DNA of 26,327 bases from Octopus sinensis (taxonomy: Eukaryota), in the NCBI RefSeq assembly GCF_006345805.1, contig NW_021835625.1, positions 1-26,327 of the forward strand, read 5' to 3'. The notes below the pieces were generated by a model that saw only the letters and a list, made by a program, of their open reading frames with translations, did not search any database and had not been told where the DNA came from. Every line of letters starts with the position of its first letter. Positions within the stretch are counted from its first letter, which is position 1. Shown in pieces: positions 10,064 to 21,720 of this stretch. The translations under genes were made by a program, and so were the position numbers.

Positions 10064-10471
10064 TCTTTTCCTCTCTTTTACTTCTATCACTCATTTGACT
10101 GCGGCCATGCTGGAGCACCGCCTTTAATCGAGCAACTCGACCCCGGGACTTACTCTTTTGTATGCCCAGTACTTATTCTATCGGTTTCTTTTGCCGAACC
10201 GCTAAGTAACGGGGACATAAACACACCAGCATCGGTTGTCAAGCAATGCTAGGGGTACAAACCAGACACACAAACACATACACGCATATATAATATATAT
10301 ATATATATATACATAATACGACGGGCTTCTTCGGTTTCCGTCTACCAAATCCACTCAGAAGGCTTTGGTGCCGGAGGCTATAGTAGAAGAACACTTACCC
10401 AAGTTGCCACGCAGTGGGACGAACCCGGAACCAGTGGGTTGGTAAACAAGCTACTTACCCACACCAGCCAC
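10064..10471 (-). mobile_element. Near full-length family A SINE with internal (TA)/(TG) microsatellite
   Basis: Minus strand: head gtggctg..gtaagtagcttgtttaccaacc..ggttccgggttcgtcccactgcgtggcaacttgggtaag, internal microsatellite, and 3' part ggcggtgctccagcatggccgcagtcaaatga. Collinear with 13741-14414. Confidence 0.9.
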
Positions 10472-10607
10472 TCCTGTATATATGATATATATAGATATAT
10501 ATATATATAATATATATATATATATATCTGCATACATACATATATATACATATTCTATATATATATATACACACACACCACACACACACACATATATATA
10601 TAATTAT

Positions 10608-11478
10608 ATAATTTCAACAATTGAGGGCAAAATTAATTAATTATTAATCAATTTCACCAAGTGTTCAGTATGCAAAGGGACCATCAAGGCGAATTCAAAT
10701 TATTACTTATATAAAAGGGCTTAGTAAAATAAATTACTTGCGCATACTGAACTCATTAGAAATAGCAGCTAAAAAACTTTTTTAAGGCTATTTCTAATAC
10801 TTAAAGAAAATCTCTCTCATATATAGTGTTTGCATAATTTAACTCACAAAGTTTGGGGGTAATGACATCGAAAAATCAAATGCTAAGGTTATTCGAGAAC
10901 GTACGTTTCAAGATTAGTCAAAACACAACATTTCTATCATCGGCTCGGAAATTCCTTGGTTTGGATTTGGAAACACTGAAATAAGAACATACCCTCTCGA
11001 AGATCTGCCTCCAACTAACAGTGTCAACAAATTCAAAATAAGCAAGCGAAGAATCTCTTTTTCTCCTTTCCACCAGCGTGGTTAAAATCATCAAAGTTTG
11101 ATTGATTTTAACCCACGCTGGTGGAAAGGGGAGAACAGAGATTCTTCGCTTGCTTATTTGAATTTGTTGACACTGTTAGTTGGGAGCAGATCTCGAGAGG
11201 GTATGTTCTTATTTTCAGTGTTTCCAAATCCAACCAAGGAATTCCCGAGCCGATGATAGAAATGTTGTTTTGACTAATCTTGAAACGTACGTTCTCGAAT
11301 AACCTTAGCATTTGATTTTTCGATGTCATTACCCCCAAACTTTTGTGAGTTAAATTATGCAAACACTATATATGAGAGAGATTTTCTTTAAGTATTAAGA
11401 AATAGCCTTAAAAAAGTTTTTTAGCTGCTATTTCTAATGAGTTCAGTATGCGGCAAAGTAATTTATTTTACTAGCCCT
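10608..11478. repeat. Unclassified element forming a ~760-bp palindrome (arms 10716-11095 and 11097-11478), flanked by (AT)n
   Basis: Centre ..aaaatcatcaaa g tttgattgatttt.. at 11096. The arms are reverse complements differing mostly by 1-2 nt indels. Confidence 0.9.
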
Positions 11479-11925
11479 AATATATATATATATATATATT
11501 ATATATATAAAAGAACGATATTTTATCTAAAAATAATATAGTACCCTAGTATGTATAAATATGTTTATATATCGTATATATAATCATTGATTTGCTTATA
11601 TGGCTACATGTGTGAGTGTACTTCTAATATAAGGATGATTTTTTAAAAATCTTATCAGTGGCCTGCATATTAAAATACCGAATAGATAAATTGAGAAGAA
11701 TTTATCAACAAAGTTATCCTTCATTATTTCGTCTTAACTGCTACTTCTAGCAGCTCCAGTGACCACACAAAAAAAGCCCCGCGATCATGTTTTTTTGTTT
11801 TTTTTTAATTTGATAAGATTTCTTATTGTTCGTTGGGTGGCGTCAATATTAGTTTATATTTCATTTTCTGAAATTCATCAGCTTTCCTATATTTTCGTTT
11901 CATATTTGTAAATTTGAGCAACGTT

Positions 11926-12004
11926 CAGGGTGGGCCAAAAAATTAAGCTACCATTTAATATATTGTTATATGCTAAATGGTCGGGCGATTCTTGACCCAC
12001 CCTC
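11926..12004. mobile_element. Tiny (~79 bp) Tc1/mariner-type foldback MITE remnant
   Basis: cagggtgggccaaaaaattaagctaccattta.. vs reverse complement gagggtgggtcaagaatcgcccgaccattta..; TA at the right end. The CAGGGTG terminus is typical of Tc1/mariner-derived MITEs. Confidence 0.5.
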
Positions 12005-12591
12005 TAATTACTGAGGTTGTTTTTTTTTTCTTTTCTACTGATACTGTTTCATTGTTATAATCCGGGCCTCATGTAATATTACTACGTGAGATTTAATATA
12101 GCTTTGTTCCTTTGGTGAAAAATATACTATGTCTATACTTCTCCTGGTGTTCATATTTCCAATAACACTAAGCTTCTACAACACAGATGTTGCCTCAAAG
12201 TTGTGAAACTTTAGGAAATGACGTCTTCCCTATTGCTCAGTTGGCGCTCATTTTCAACTGAAAAGACTGGAATCACTGCCTGATCCAAGATTTGAAACCA
12301 CGACGTTACGATTGTGGGCTGAACATTCTAACCACAAGAACACCCGTCTTCACCAAATAGGCGATCTCAATTCCATCCAGTACAACTCGAAACATTCACT
12401 TCATTTTCTTTCATCACCTCAATATCTTCACCAAACTGATCATCAATCAATCAATCAATCAATGATTATCAATCGTTTCAGTCTTGTGTGTCTTGGAGGA
12501 CCTACAAAACCAGTAGAAACCAAACCAGCTGACCTAAAGCAAAATGAACAGCAGGGGCAGCATTGTATAAATGACGAATGTGTTGTTATTT

Positions 12592-12990
12592 AGGCGGCGA
12601 GCTGGCTGAAACGTTAGCACGCCGGGCGAAATGCGTAGCCGTATTTCGTTTGCCGTTACGTTCCCAGTTCAAATTCCGCCGAGGTCGACTTTGCCTTTCA
12701 TCCTTTCGGGGCCGATTAAATAAGTACAAGTTACGCACTGGGGTCGATATAATCGACTTAATCCGTTTGTCTGTCCTTGTTTGTACCCTTGGGTAGTAAA
12801 GAAATAGGTATTTCGTCTGCCGCTACGTTCTGAGTTCAAATTCCGCCGAGGTCGACTTTGCCTTTCATCCTTTCGGGGTCGATAAATTAAGTACCAGTTA
12901 CGCATTGGGATCGATATAATCGGCTTAATCTGTTTGTCTATCCTTGTTTGTCCTCTCTGTGTTTAGCCCCTTGTGGGTAGTAAAGAAATA
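12592..12990 (+). mobile_element. Family B SINE head-to-tail dimer with a 16-bp target-site duplication
   Basis: Monomer 12592-12806 and 5'-truncated monomer 12807-12990. gaatgtgttgttattt occurs at 12576-12591 and 12991-13006. Confidence 0.9.
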
Positions 12991-13127
12991 GAATGTGTTG
13001 TTATTTCTCACGCACACCACTTGAACATTGGTCGGGGGTCATGAGTCAAACCCCGACTCATGAAAGATCCATTCTCAAAGCTGCATCATTTCTATTTACA
13101 TCTTATCATCAACTTTCGAACTGAAGG

Positions 13128-13262
13128 TTCGTGGCCTGCTCATTAGGCTGTAGTGCTCACGAGCGGTCACGGTTTCGATTTCCTAACCGGTCAATGCATT
13201 GTATTCTTGAGCAAAACACTTCTTTTTACGTTGCCGCAGTCGGCTCAGCTGTAAATTGGCCA
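13128..13262 (+). mobile_element. Diverged family C-like SINE head
   Basis: ggtttcgatttcc B-box-like motif, then gcattgtattcttgagcaaaacacttc as at 8885-8915. Confidence 0.55.
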
Positions 13263-13740
13263 TGGAGAGTCATCCCATTCAGGGACACTGTTGTGATGTC
13301 GCTCACTTAGACGCCATGGAAGTCTGATGACTCTGGCGCTATTTACTTCTTCCTCTTATCGACTTTCGAAAACAAAGAGGAAACGAAACCCTAACTTGTG
13401 TCGTAGCTGTATGCGTACATATCTTGGTACTATACGGTCGTAACGATGCTGTTGAAGGTCATATTATGTATTATCAATAAAATAGTCTTACGCATCATAT
13501 GACGGGTATCTTTGGATGTATATATTTGCCACCCTGGGTAATATCAGAAAATATGGGTATACATTCGATAAGTATAATTTAGCATTTATTAAACTGTTTG
13601 GTGCTAAGACAAAATGATGAAATGAATATTAATTTTCAAACGAAAAACATTTATTACCTTAAAATGAAATTAGATAAAACAATTTGCTCTTTTTTGTATA
13701 TTTGCAATAAATAAATGCCAATTTATTTTATATATTTTAC

Positions 13741-14132
13741 CAGCTTACCAACCACATGGTTCCGGGTTCAGTCCTGTGTGGAACCTTGGGCAAGTGTCTT
13801 CTACTATAGCCACGGGTCGACCAAAGCCTTGTGAGTGGATTTGGTAGCCGGAAACTGAAAGAAGCCCGTCGTATGTATGTATATATATATATATATAAGA
13901 TATATATATATAATATTATATATATTTCTTTACTACCCACAAGGGTCCTAACCAGAGGGACAAACATGACAGACAAACGGATTAAGTCGATTATATCGTC
14001 GACCCGAAAGGATGAAAGGCAAAGTCGACCTCGGCGAAATTTGAACGCAGAACGTCACGGCAGACGAAATACGGCTACGCATTTCACCCGGCGTGCTAAC
14101 GTTTCTGCCAGCACACACACACACACACACAC

Positions 14133-14167
<35 letters not shown>

Positions 14168-14414
14168 GTGTTGTGTGTGTGTGTGTGTGTGTGTGCGTGT
14201 GTGTGTTTGTGTGTCTGTGTTTGTCCCCCAACATCGCTTGTCAACCGATGCTGGTGTGTTTACGTCCTCGTAACTTAACCGTTCGGCAAAAGAGCCCGAT
14301 AGAATAAATTCTAGGCTTACAAAGAATAAGTCCTGGGGTTGATTTGCTCGACTAAAGGCGGTGCTCCAGCATGGCCGCAGTCAAATGACTGAAACAAGTA
14401 AGAGAGTAAAAGAG
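13741..14414 (+). mobile_element. Family A SINE interrupted in its internal microsatellite by a family B SINE
   Basis: Head 13741-13872 and 3' part ~14200-14414, collinear with the copy at 10064-10471. Confidence 0.9.
13923..14112 (-). mobile_element. Nested family B SINE
   Basis: Reverse complement of the element at 12592-12806. Confidence 0.9.
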
Positions 14415-15050
14415 AATGTATGTATGTAATGTATATTATTTTATTAATTGGGAGATATAATTTTATTATACTTTTGGTAATATAAAACAGGTTTTCCTTC
14501 GCTTGTGTGTCTGAGGGTGACTGCGTATGCGTTTGTGCGCTTGTGTGTGCATTTGTGCGTCTGTCTGACCGTTTGTATTCATCCATGCGTGTCTTTATAA
14601 GCTCGGCTGTTCATCTCTACAGATTCTCTGATTCAAAGCCTTGATGTTAATACTACCCAAATATCTTCGCACAACGTTATGTGAAACTGGCAGAAATATG
14701 TAATCCAGCCAATTCTAGAACGCTGTTCGGCAGTCAGGAGACTAATGGCTTACTAATTTATTCAGTAATTAGTCTCGGGGATTAGAATACAGACATACAG
14801 TAAAGTAGCAAATGCGTATTTACTGAAAATCTTGTTTATCACTCGTCAAATTTACAACTTCACCTCCACCACCTCTCACTAACCATTATCCCACATCTAC
14901 TTCCGCTTTCCGTCTCTACAGCCCACTACAGTTACTTCCGGTTTCAGACTCCATCTTAAATCGGATGCATGCTGCATCCGTCTATAGGAGTTGCTTGTTT
15001 ACAATAGCAATCAAAGGAGTGGTGTGGTATTTTTGTTTGTAAAGAAGTAC

Positions 15051-15113
<63 letters not shown>

Positions 15114-15314
15114 TATATATATATATATATATGCTTCTGTGTCCGCTCGTGTTGGCGTATGTATACAAAGGCGTAATCATAGCCACGCATATACACACAA
15201 GAAAACGAACACTCATGCACGCATACACAACCTGATATAGACACACACGATATATATATAAACATTGTTGGTTTGTAAATATTTGTATTTGTACATGTAT
15301 TGATATATATACAC

Positions 15315-15375
15315 ATGTATGTATGTATGTATGTATGTATGTGTGTATGTATGTATGTATGTATGTGTGTATGTA

Positions 15376-15406
<31 letters not shown>

Positions 15407-15553
15407 GTATATATGTATATATGTCTATATGTGTGTATGTATGTATGTATGTATGTATGTATGTATGTGTGTATGTATGTATGTATGTGTGTATGTATGT
15501 ATGTATGTATGTATGTATGTATGTATGTATGTGTGTATGTATGTGTGTATGTA

Positions 15554-15584
<31 letters not shown>

Positions 15585-15658
15585 GTATATATGTATATAT
15601 GTCTATATGTGTGTATGTATGTATGTATGTATGTATGTATGTATGTATGTACGTATGT

Positions 15659-15690
<32 letters not shown>

Positions 15691-15776
15691 TGTATGTATG
15701 TATGTGTGTATATATGTATGTTGTATGTATGTATGTATGTATGTATGTATGCCATGTATGTATGTTGTGTATTATG

Positions 15777-15808
<32 letters not shown>

Positions 15809-16070
15809 TGTATGTATGTATGTATGTATGTGTGTATGTATGTGTGTGTGATGGTGGTGTATGTATGTATTCGTATGTATGTATGATGTATGTGTGTATG
15901 TATGTATGTATGTATGTATGTATGTAGTATGTGTGTATGTATGTATGTATGTATGGATGTATGTATGTATGTACGTATGTATGTATGTATGTATGTATGT
16001 ATGTATGTATGTATGTATGTATGTATGTATGTATGTGTGTGTGTGTATGTGTGTGTGTGTGTGTGTGTGT
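15315..16070. repeat. Very long (TATG)n/(TG)n compound microsatellite
   Basis: Direct reading; source of the MYVC/HTYI pseudo-ORFs. Confidence 0.95.
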
Positions 16071-16094
16071 ATAGAAAGAGACAGACATTTAATT

Positions 16095-16110
16095 AGATAG
16101 ATAGACAGAG

Positions 16111-16141
<31 letters not shown>

Positions 16142-16146
16142 CAGAG

Positions 16147-16202
<56 letters not shown>

Positions 16203-16207
16203 TGATT

Positions 16208-16269
<62 letters not shown>

Positions 16270-16274
16270 CAGAG

Positions 16275-16321
<47 letters not shown>

Positions 16322-16326
16322 CAGAG

Positions 16327-16387
<61 letters not shown>

Positions 16388-16394
16388 CATAGAT
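16095..16394. repeat. (GATA)n array at the 3' end of the Tx1-like LINE
   Basis: Direct reading. Confidence 0.95.
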
Positions 16395-16396
16395 AT

Positions 16397-18465
16397 GTTT
16401 CTTTATTAGCCACACAGGGCTGCACACAGATAGAACAAATTACAAGTAGAGCTTTTCTTTTGAAGGTATTAAAAAAAAAAAAAAAAAAAAAAAAAGGAAG
16501 GGGAGGTTCGATCAAAAGGGATCGTAAAAGGAGAGAAAGAGGACAAAAATAAGGGGGGTAAAAAAAAAAAAAAAAAAAGGGGGGGGGGGAGAGGAAAAAA
16601 AATGATCAATAGGGATCGTTATCACAGAAATGTCAATATGAAGTGTAAAGGGGAGGACAGGTGAGGTTTACCCGTGGAAAGAAAAGCCTGCGGAAAAGAC
16701 CACGGTAACCTCGGTCAATGAAGTCACATTTTATATTTCTTTTTTTTTTTTTTTTTTTGCAAATAAGCAACTCTCTGTTTTCGATTTCTGGTTCATAGGA
16801 CTATGCTCAAGGTGGCTTCGTCATTCATACGTGCCATTCTTGCTACATTCACCCATCTTTTTTTTTAAAACATTCGCTAGACAAAACTTGCCTCTCTACT
16901 CTCACTTTCCTTTTCAAGTGGTACTTGAAGAAGTTGATGAGAGATTGACCAGAGAGGAAAGTGTTTGTCTCCAATCCTTTCAGACGCGTCCACCAGATAC
17001 ATTCTTTCGCCATAGCCACAAGGATGATGAAAATAGCTCTTCCTTCCCGTTTGAAGGAAGGAGGCAGGAGGCGTGACAATATTGACGATAGACTCAGCTG
17101 ATAAACCGACTCGTCCCACACGTGACAGCAGTTGTTCGACATAAGCCCACAGGTCGGAAATTGTTGGACACTGAACGAGTGCGTGCAGAACGGTTTCGTC
17201 GCTCTGACCGCATCTCGGGCAGGTCGGACCCGTGTTTCTCGAGCCGTGTCTGTAGAGCTTATCCCGAACGGGTAGCGCTTCTCGGTAGCACTGCCAGGCC
17301 AGGGATCTCTGGAAGTTGTCCATGGGCCCTGGCCCGAAAGTCGTCCCGAACAGGCGGGTCAGGTACTCCTCGTCGACGTCCAGGTTCGCCCCGAGCTCGT
17401 CGTCGTACCTCCCCTCCACTAAACCCCTATAGAATGCTTTGGTTGTGTTGAAGTCACTTAAGGTCGACCCAGGACGGCAGCAGAGTGCTTGAGAGCAACG
17501 CGACACTCGCGGTGCCATTCGCCCTTCCTCGGCCTCTTTTTGATCCACGACTGCAGTTCGGTCATGGAGACGAGCTGCGGGAAAGCGTGCCTCACAAACG
17601 GCGACCACACCTGTTCACCGTCGTCTACATAGAGCCAGAGATGTCGCAGTCTCAGCGCGTGTCTGCGCATCATCAACCACGGCATGCCCAGCCCCTTTTA
17701 ACGGGTGTTGACAGCAAATGGATCGCCTGACCATCGGGACGCATCCTTTCCACAAGAAGCGAAAGAGGATGCGTTGTAGTTTGGTGATGGTAGGGTCGGG
17801 ACAAGGTACGACGGTCAGGCGGTAGTAGATGACGGACGCGATGTACGTGTTCGCCACCTCCGCTCGACCTTTTAGGGACAGTTTCCTCTCGGCCCATTGC
17901 CGGGCGAGAGTGACCACCCTACTCGTTATCTCGTTCCAGTTCTTCTCCACTTGGAGGTCCGGACCAAACCAGACCCCGAGCAACTCAACCGGGCCGTCGT
18001 CCAGCGTCCCACGACGGAGGCGCTGGTGGACGGCATGGGCTTGCTTCTCAGGTGTACCTAGTCGCAAGCCCACTGACTTTTCCCGGTTGATTTTCGCTCC
18101 TGTCACCGCTTCGTAGTTTTTCAGTGTCTCGCGACCAGCTCGATGTGCTCGTGGCTAGACACTATGACGGTGACGTCGTCCGCGTATGCAGACACGCTCG
18201 TCCCGCATCCCAATTCTCGCGGGATGCCCCTTAGAGTCGCCAGCTTCCGCAGTAGTGGCTCAAGAGTCAATACGTATAGAAGCGCCGAGAGGGGGCCCTG
18301 ACGGACCGAACGTGCAATGTCGAAAGGTCTCGATAGATGTCCATTTACGCGAATTACCGAACGGATGCCTCTGTACAAGGCAGCTATCCAGCCGCGGAAG
18401 ACGGGACCGAAACCAGCCGCTCTCAGGACTGCCTCCAAGTATCGATGGTCTACCCTATCAAAGGC
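16397..18465 (-). mobile_element. 5'-truncated Tx1/L1-clade LINE (~2.07 kb) inside (GATA)n
   Basis: ORF2 remnant plus a ~400-bp 3' UTR ending aataaagaaa then (TATC)n on the sense strand. The 5' truncation abuts (GATA)n at 18466-18535. Confidence 0.9.
16793..18465 (-). pseudogene. Frameshifted ORF2: reverse transcriptase C-half and CCHC zinc knuckle
   Basis: AFDRVDHRYLEAVL..VRVNGHLS..SVRQG-PLSALLY..YADDVTV..GAKINREKS..LSLKGRAEVAN..FLWKG..GLGMP..CPRCGQSDETVLHALVQC; several single-base frameshifts; stop at 16793-16795. Confidence 0.9.

Positions 18466-18535
<70 letters not shown>
18466..18535. repeat. (GATA)n array at the 5' truncation point of the LINE
   Basis: Direct reading. Confidence 0.95.
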
Positions 18536-18536
<1 letters not shown>

Positions 18537-19778
18537 GCGTGGAACATGTATTCGTAAATTGGTATTTTTGCGAGTTGCTTCTCTAGTTTTGTGCGCACAC
18601 ATCTGTTACCATGTGAGTGTGAATGTCTATTTAGAGACGATGCATGTGCATAAGCCGGTATAGTCACGTGTGTACATATGTGTGTATATGTGTGCGTCAC
18701 TATTTGTGTATTGTTGGTGTTGTTGCTGTATGTGAATACACGAATGCCGTTACAACTAAATTGCTAAGAGGTTCTATTCCCAGGTCCATCAAAATCTTTC
18801 AAACGATAAGGGAAATGAAAGGAAATAGTTGAAGCTCAACAGAGGCACAATACCAGTGATACAAATGTCAAAGCGTGTCAAAATAACTCGTCCTGCGTGA
18901 AAAGAGCGAATATGTGACCGTGGAATACTCAGTCAGCTGCACCGTATGAAGGTTAGTGAATATCTCACATCACCGAAAATGATGGAAAACCCTGTAGATA
19001 CTGCAGGTAAGACCTACTCCATTTGAATACAAGTGAATGTTAAATGTACACAGCTTTTCCACTCATCACTATTAAGAGTGACTCTAATTAATTCCAGCTT
19101 GACAAAGCTTTGCATACACCAGCAAACGTAATATTTGCTTTTTAAACAGAACTACGGCAGTTCCTAATGGGCACAGATTCGGTGCCTGTAGCTGAGGAGG
19201 TGTAACGACGCAGAAACAAATGACAAATGGTCATATTTTCTATGGGGTCTTTTCTTCTGAGACACTCACGGCAACGAAGTTCTTTCCACGTTTGAGTGTT
19301 TACGAAACAAATATAAATGAACACAATTTTATTTGCTTTCTACTATATTCACTTGCATATATAGATGTGGTTGTATGTGCGTATGTGAACGTAGGTTTGT
19401 GTGTGCGGATGCCCGGGTGGGCGTGTCTGTGTGTGTCTGTGTATGTGTGTGCCTGCTGCAGGTCCGTGTGATCCAAAACGGGATCTGCCACTTCGCACTA
19501 ATCCCTAAAAAATATTGATATATTTGTCCTAAGAAACACTGAAATAATAAAAGTCTTGCATGAAATTGGATTTAGTCAATCGCAAAGTGTGGAAAGATGT
19601 TCCGACTGTTGTTGCGCAATTTCACCCAGTAACTGCATCAAACGGTCTCCCTGGTTCTGCTGGAGACACAACAATGGTCACTAAATGTTTAAGCGTATCA
19701 TAGTCGGGACTATCGTATTTCATCGTGTAAGAATCGCTTTATTTTGAGTGAAACAAAAGTGGTGCCTTTTACGAGGGA

Positions 19779-19990
19779 CATCATCATCATCATTGTTCGA
19801 CCGTGGTCGAGACAATGGAATTCACCATGCTACGCCAGACTTCACGGTCCATCATGGCATTACGGAGGTCCTGTTGCTGGATGCCTGTATCCCTGGAGAT
19901 TACCTCAGGGTAGGAGAGTGTGCGCCCTCTGGTATTGCGAGTAGATGGCTTCCAGAGGAGAAAAGTAGAAATTACTTGTTTTTCAGCTCA
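19779..19990 (-). mobile_element. 3' end of an RTE-clade LINE with a (GAT)n tail
   Basis: Minus strand reads AEKQVISTFLLWKPSTRNTRGRTLSYPEVISRDTGIQQQDLRNAMMDREVWRSMVNSIVSTTVEQ*, then tgatgatga. The DRxxWR C-terminus and short-repeat tail are typical of RTE. Confidence 0.8.
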
Positions 19991-20814
19991 GTGCTCAAAG
20001 TATTAAGGGGAAAATATTTTGTACCAAGATTTAACACAAAATTAGGGGTACAAGTTGTATATGAGAAAATGCAGTTTTCCTGCAAATATAGATAGTATTC
20101 TGAAAGCTTAGTCAAGAATTTCTTTTATATTTTAAATTTAGCTCCCACTTCCCAAAGTGTACGACCTAATAGTTCGTACCACGCTTTTGTCCAAAAACTC
20201 AACATGCTACCCGGTTCAGAAATTGAACCGACAATCATTTTCGTAAGCCTAACTACTTTACATGTGTTTAAAGCAGTTCGCGTATATAAAAAAAAAACGT
20301 TGCATTAATTCTCATCTCCTCATATATTAAGACGTGCCGAATACTGAGAAGTGAAAACAAACATCTTTGACTCTGGAAACTGTGATGGTTATTAAAACCA
20401 TACGAAATAAAATTTTTAATTAATAGAATCTGGTTTCTTTAGGATAGGCCATAATTGGATTTAAATATAGATCCCATCAATTTCCGTTACGTGTTTTGTC
20501 TTAAACAGATTTAAACTTGTAAAGCAACAAATATTTTTAAAATTTATTAAATCAAAAAAAAAGGAGATGCAACATTAAAAAGAAAAATCTGACTTTAGGG
20601 AAGAAAGGATTTTAAAAGTAAATTTTAATCCCTTTCGAATATTGTGCCAGGTTTTAGAAGACCATTCCAAAATAAATATATTATGGGAGTTCTCGTTTCA
20701 TTAATGCAGAAAGAGATTTGTGTATTAATAAATAATATACATGAATATTTTTCCTCCAATCCAAGACAACAGCATATGGATTAGAGATTCCATCAAGGTA
20801 AGAAAAGGAAATAT

Positions 20815-21060
20815 AAAAATTACAATTAAATATAAGTGTTAAATATATTAAGTGTTGAATATTATTAAATATAACCAAAATATAAGCTAAATATAATACA
20901 AGTTAAATATCATAAAAGCTAAATGTAATACAAGTTTAATATAACAGAAGTGTTAAATATATTATAAGATAAATATAATATATTTTTTTAATATAACAAA
21001 AGCGTTAAATACAGTTTAGCATAATTAAAACGCAAGTTAAATATATTAGAAGTTAACTGG
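20815..21060. repeat. Degenerate AT-rich minisatellite built on gttaaatat(a)
   Basis: Roughly ten imperfect (g/t)ttaaata motifs spaced about 20-25 nt apart. Confidence 0.55.
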
Positions 21061-21499
21061 AACAGAGAGGTGATTTGTTTAATTGTGTACCCAGTGACAC
21101 AGCATTGAAAACAACTTTGAGAACGTTTCCGCAATTAAATTTGGTTAAATTATCAAGAACATCTAAATATATGAAAGAAGGCAATCTGAGTTTTATTGCT
21201 TTTTATCCCAACACCAAAACATTATCCGTCTTATGATGGGTAACTTTGGAAGTATACTGGTACTTGACTGGTAATATCAAGAAATATATGTATACATACA
21301 AGAATTATTGCTCAATGTTTATCAAATTTCTTGGTGTTTATACAAAATGTTGAAATGAATATTAATTTTCAAAAGAGCGATATATTTTACCTTACAATTA
21401 AATTAAATAAAACAAATTCTCATATGTTATTTTTTTTCCTAAGTTTTAGCAACATCATCGCAATTTACTCTAATGAAAGCTATCTCTGCAAAATTTCAT

Positions 21500-21655
21500 G
21501 TGGCTGTGTGGTAAGTACCTTGCTTACCAACCACATGGTTCCAGGTTCAGTCCCACTGCGTGGCAACTTGGGCAAGTGTCTTCTACTATAGCCTCGGGCC
21601 GACCAAAGCCTTGTGAGTGGATTTGGTAGACGGAAACTGAAAGAAGCCCGTCGTA
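21500..21655 (+). mobile_element. Family A SINE 5' half, followed by (TA)n(GATA)n
   Basis: gtggctgtgtggtaag..ggttccaggttcagtcccactgcgtggcaacttgggcaag..gaagcccgtcgta. Confidence 0.9.
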
Positions 21656-21676
21656 TATATATATATATATATATAT

Positions 21677-21719
<43 letters not shown>

Positions 21720-21720
21720 G

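Noticed and set aside
11108-11362. 84-aa ORF in the palindrome arm
   Set aside because: No recognisable motif, and it is disrupted in the mirror arm.
13324-13375. CTGATGA followed later by GAAA
   Set aside because: No stem II, stem III or closing stem I in hammerhead geometry.
15300-16515. Long ORFs of 140-321 aa (MYVC.., HTYI.., YLSI..)
   Set aside because: They are translations of (TATG)n and (GATA)n; the lack of stops follows from the repeat unit.
18735-18810. TTKLLRGSIPRSIKIF resembling a CR1/L2 ORF2 C-terminus
   Set aside because: Too short and degenerate to support a call.
18897-19260. Splice-like signals (gaag|gttagt ~18952, cag|gtaaga ~19006, ttttaaacag ~19150) suggesting host exons
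   Set aside because: The candidate exons have stops in all tested frames or no recognisable product. Non-coding exons cannot be excluded without RNA data.
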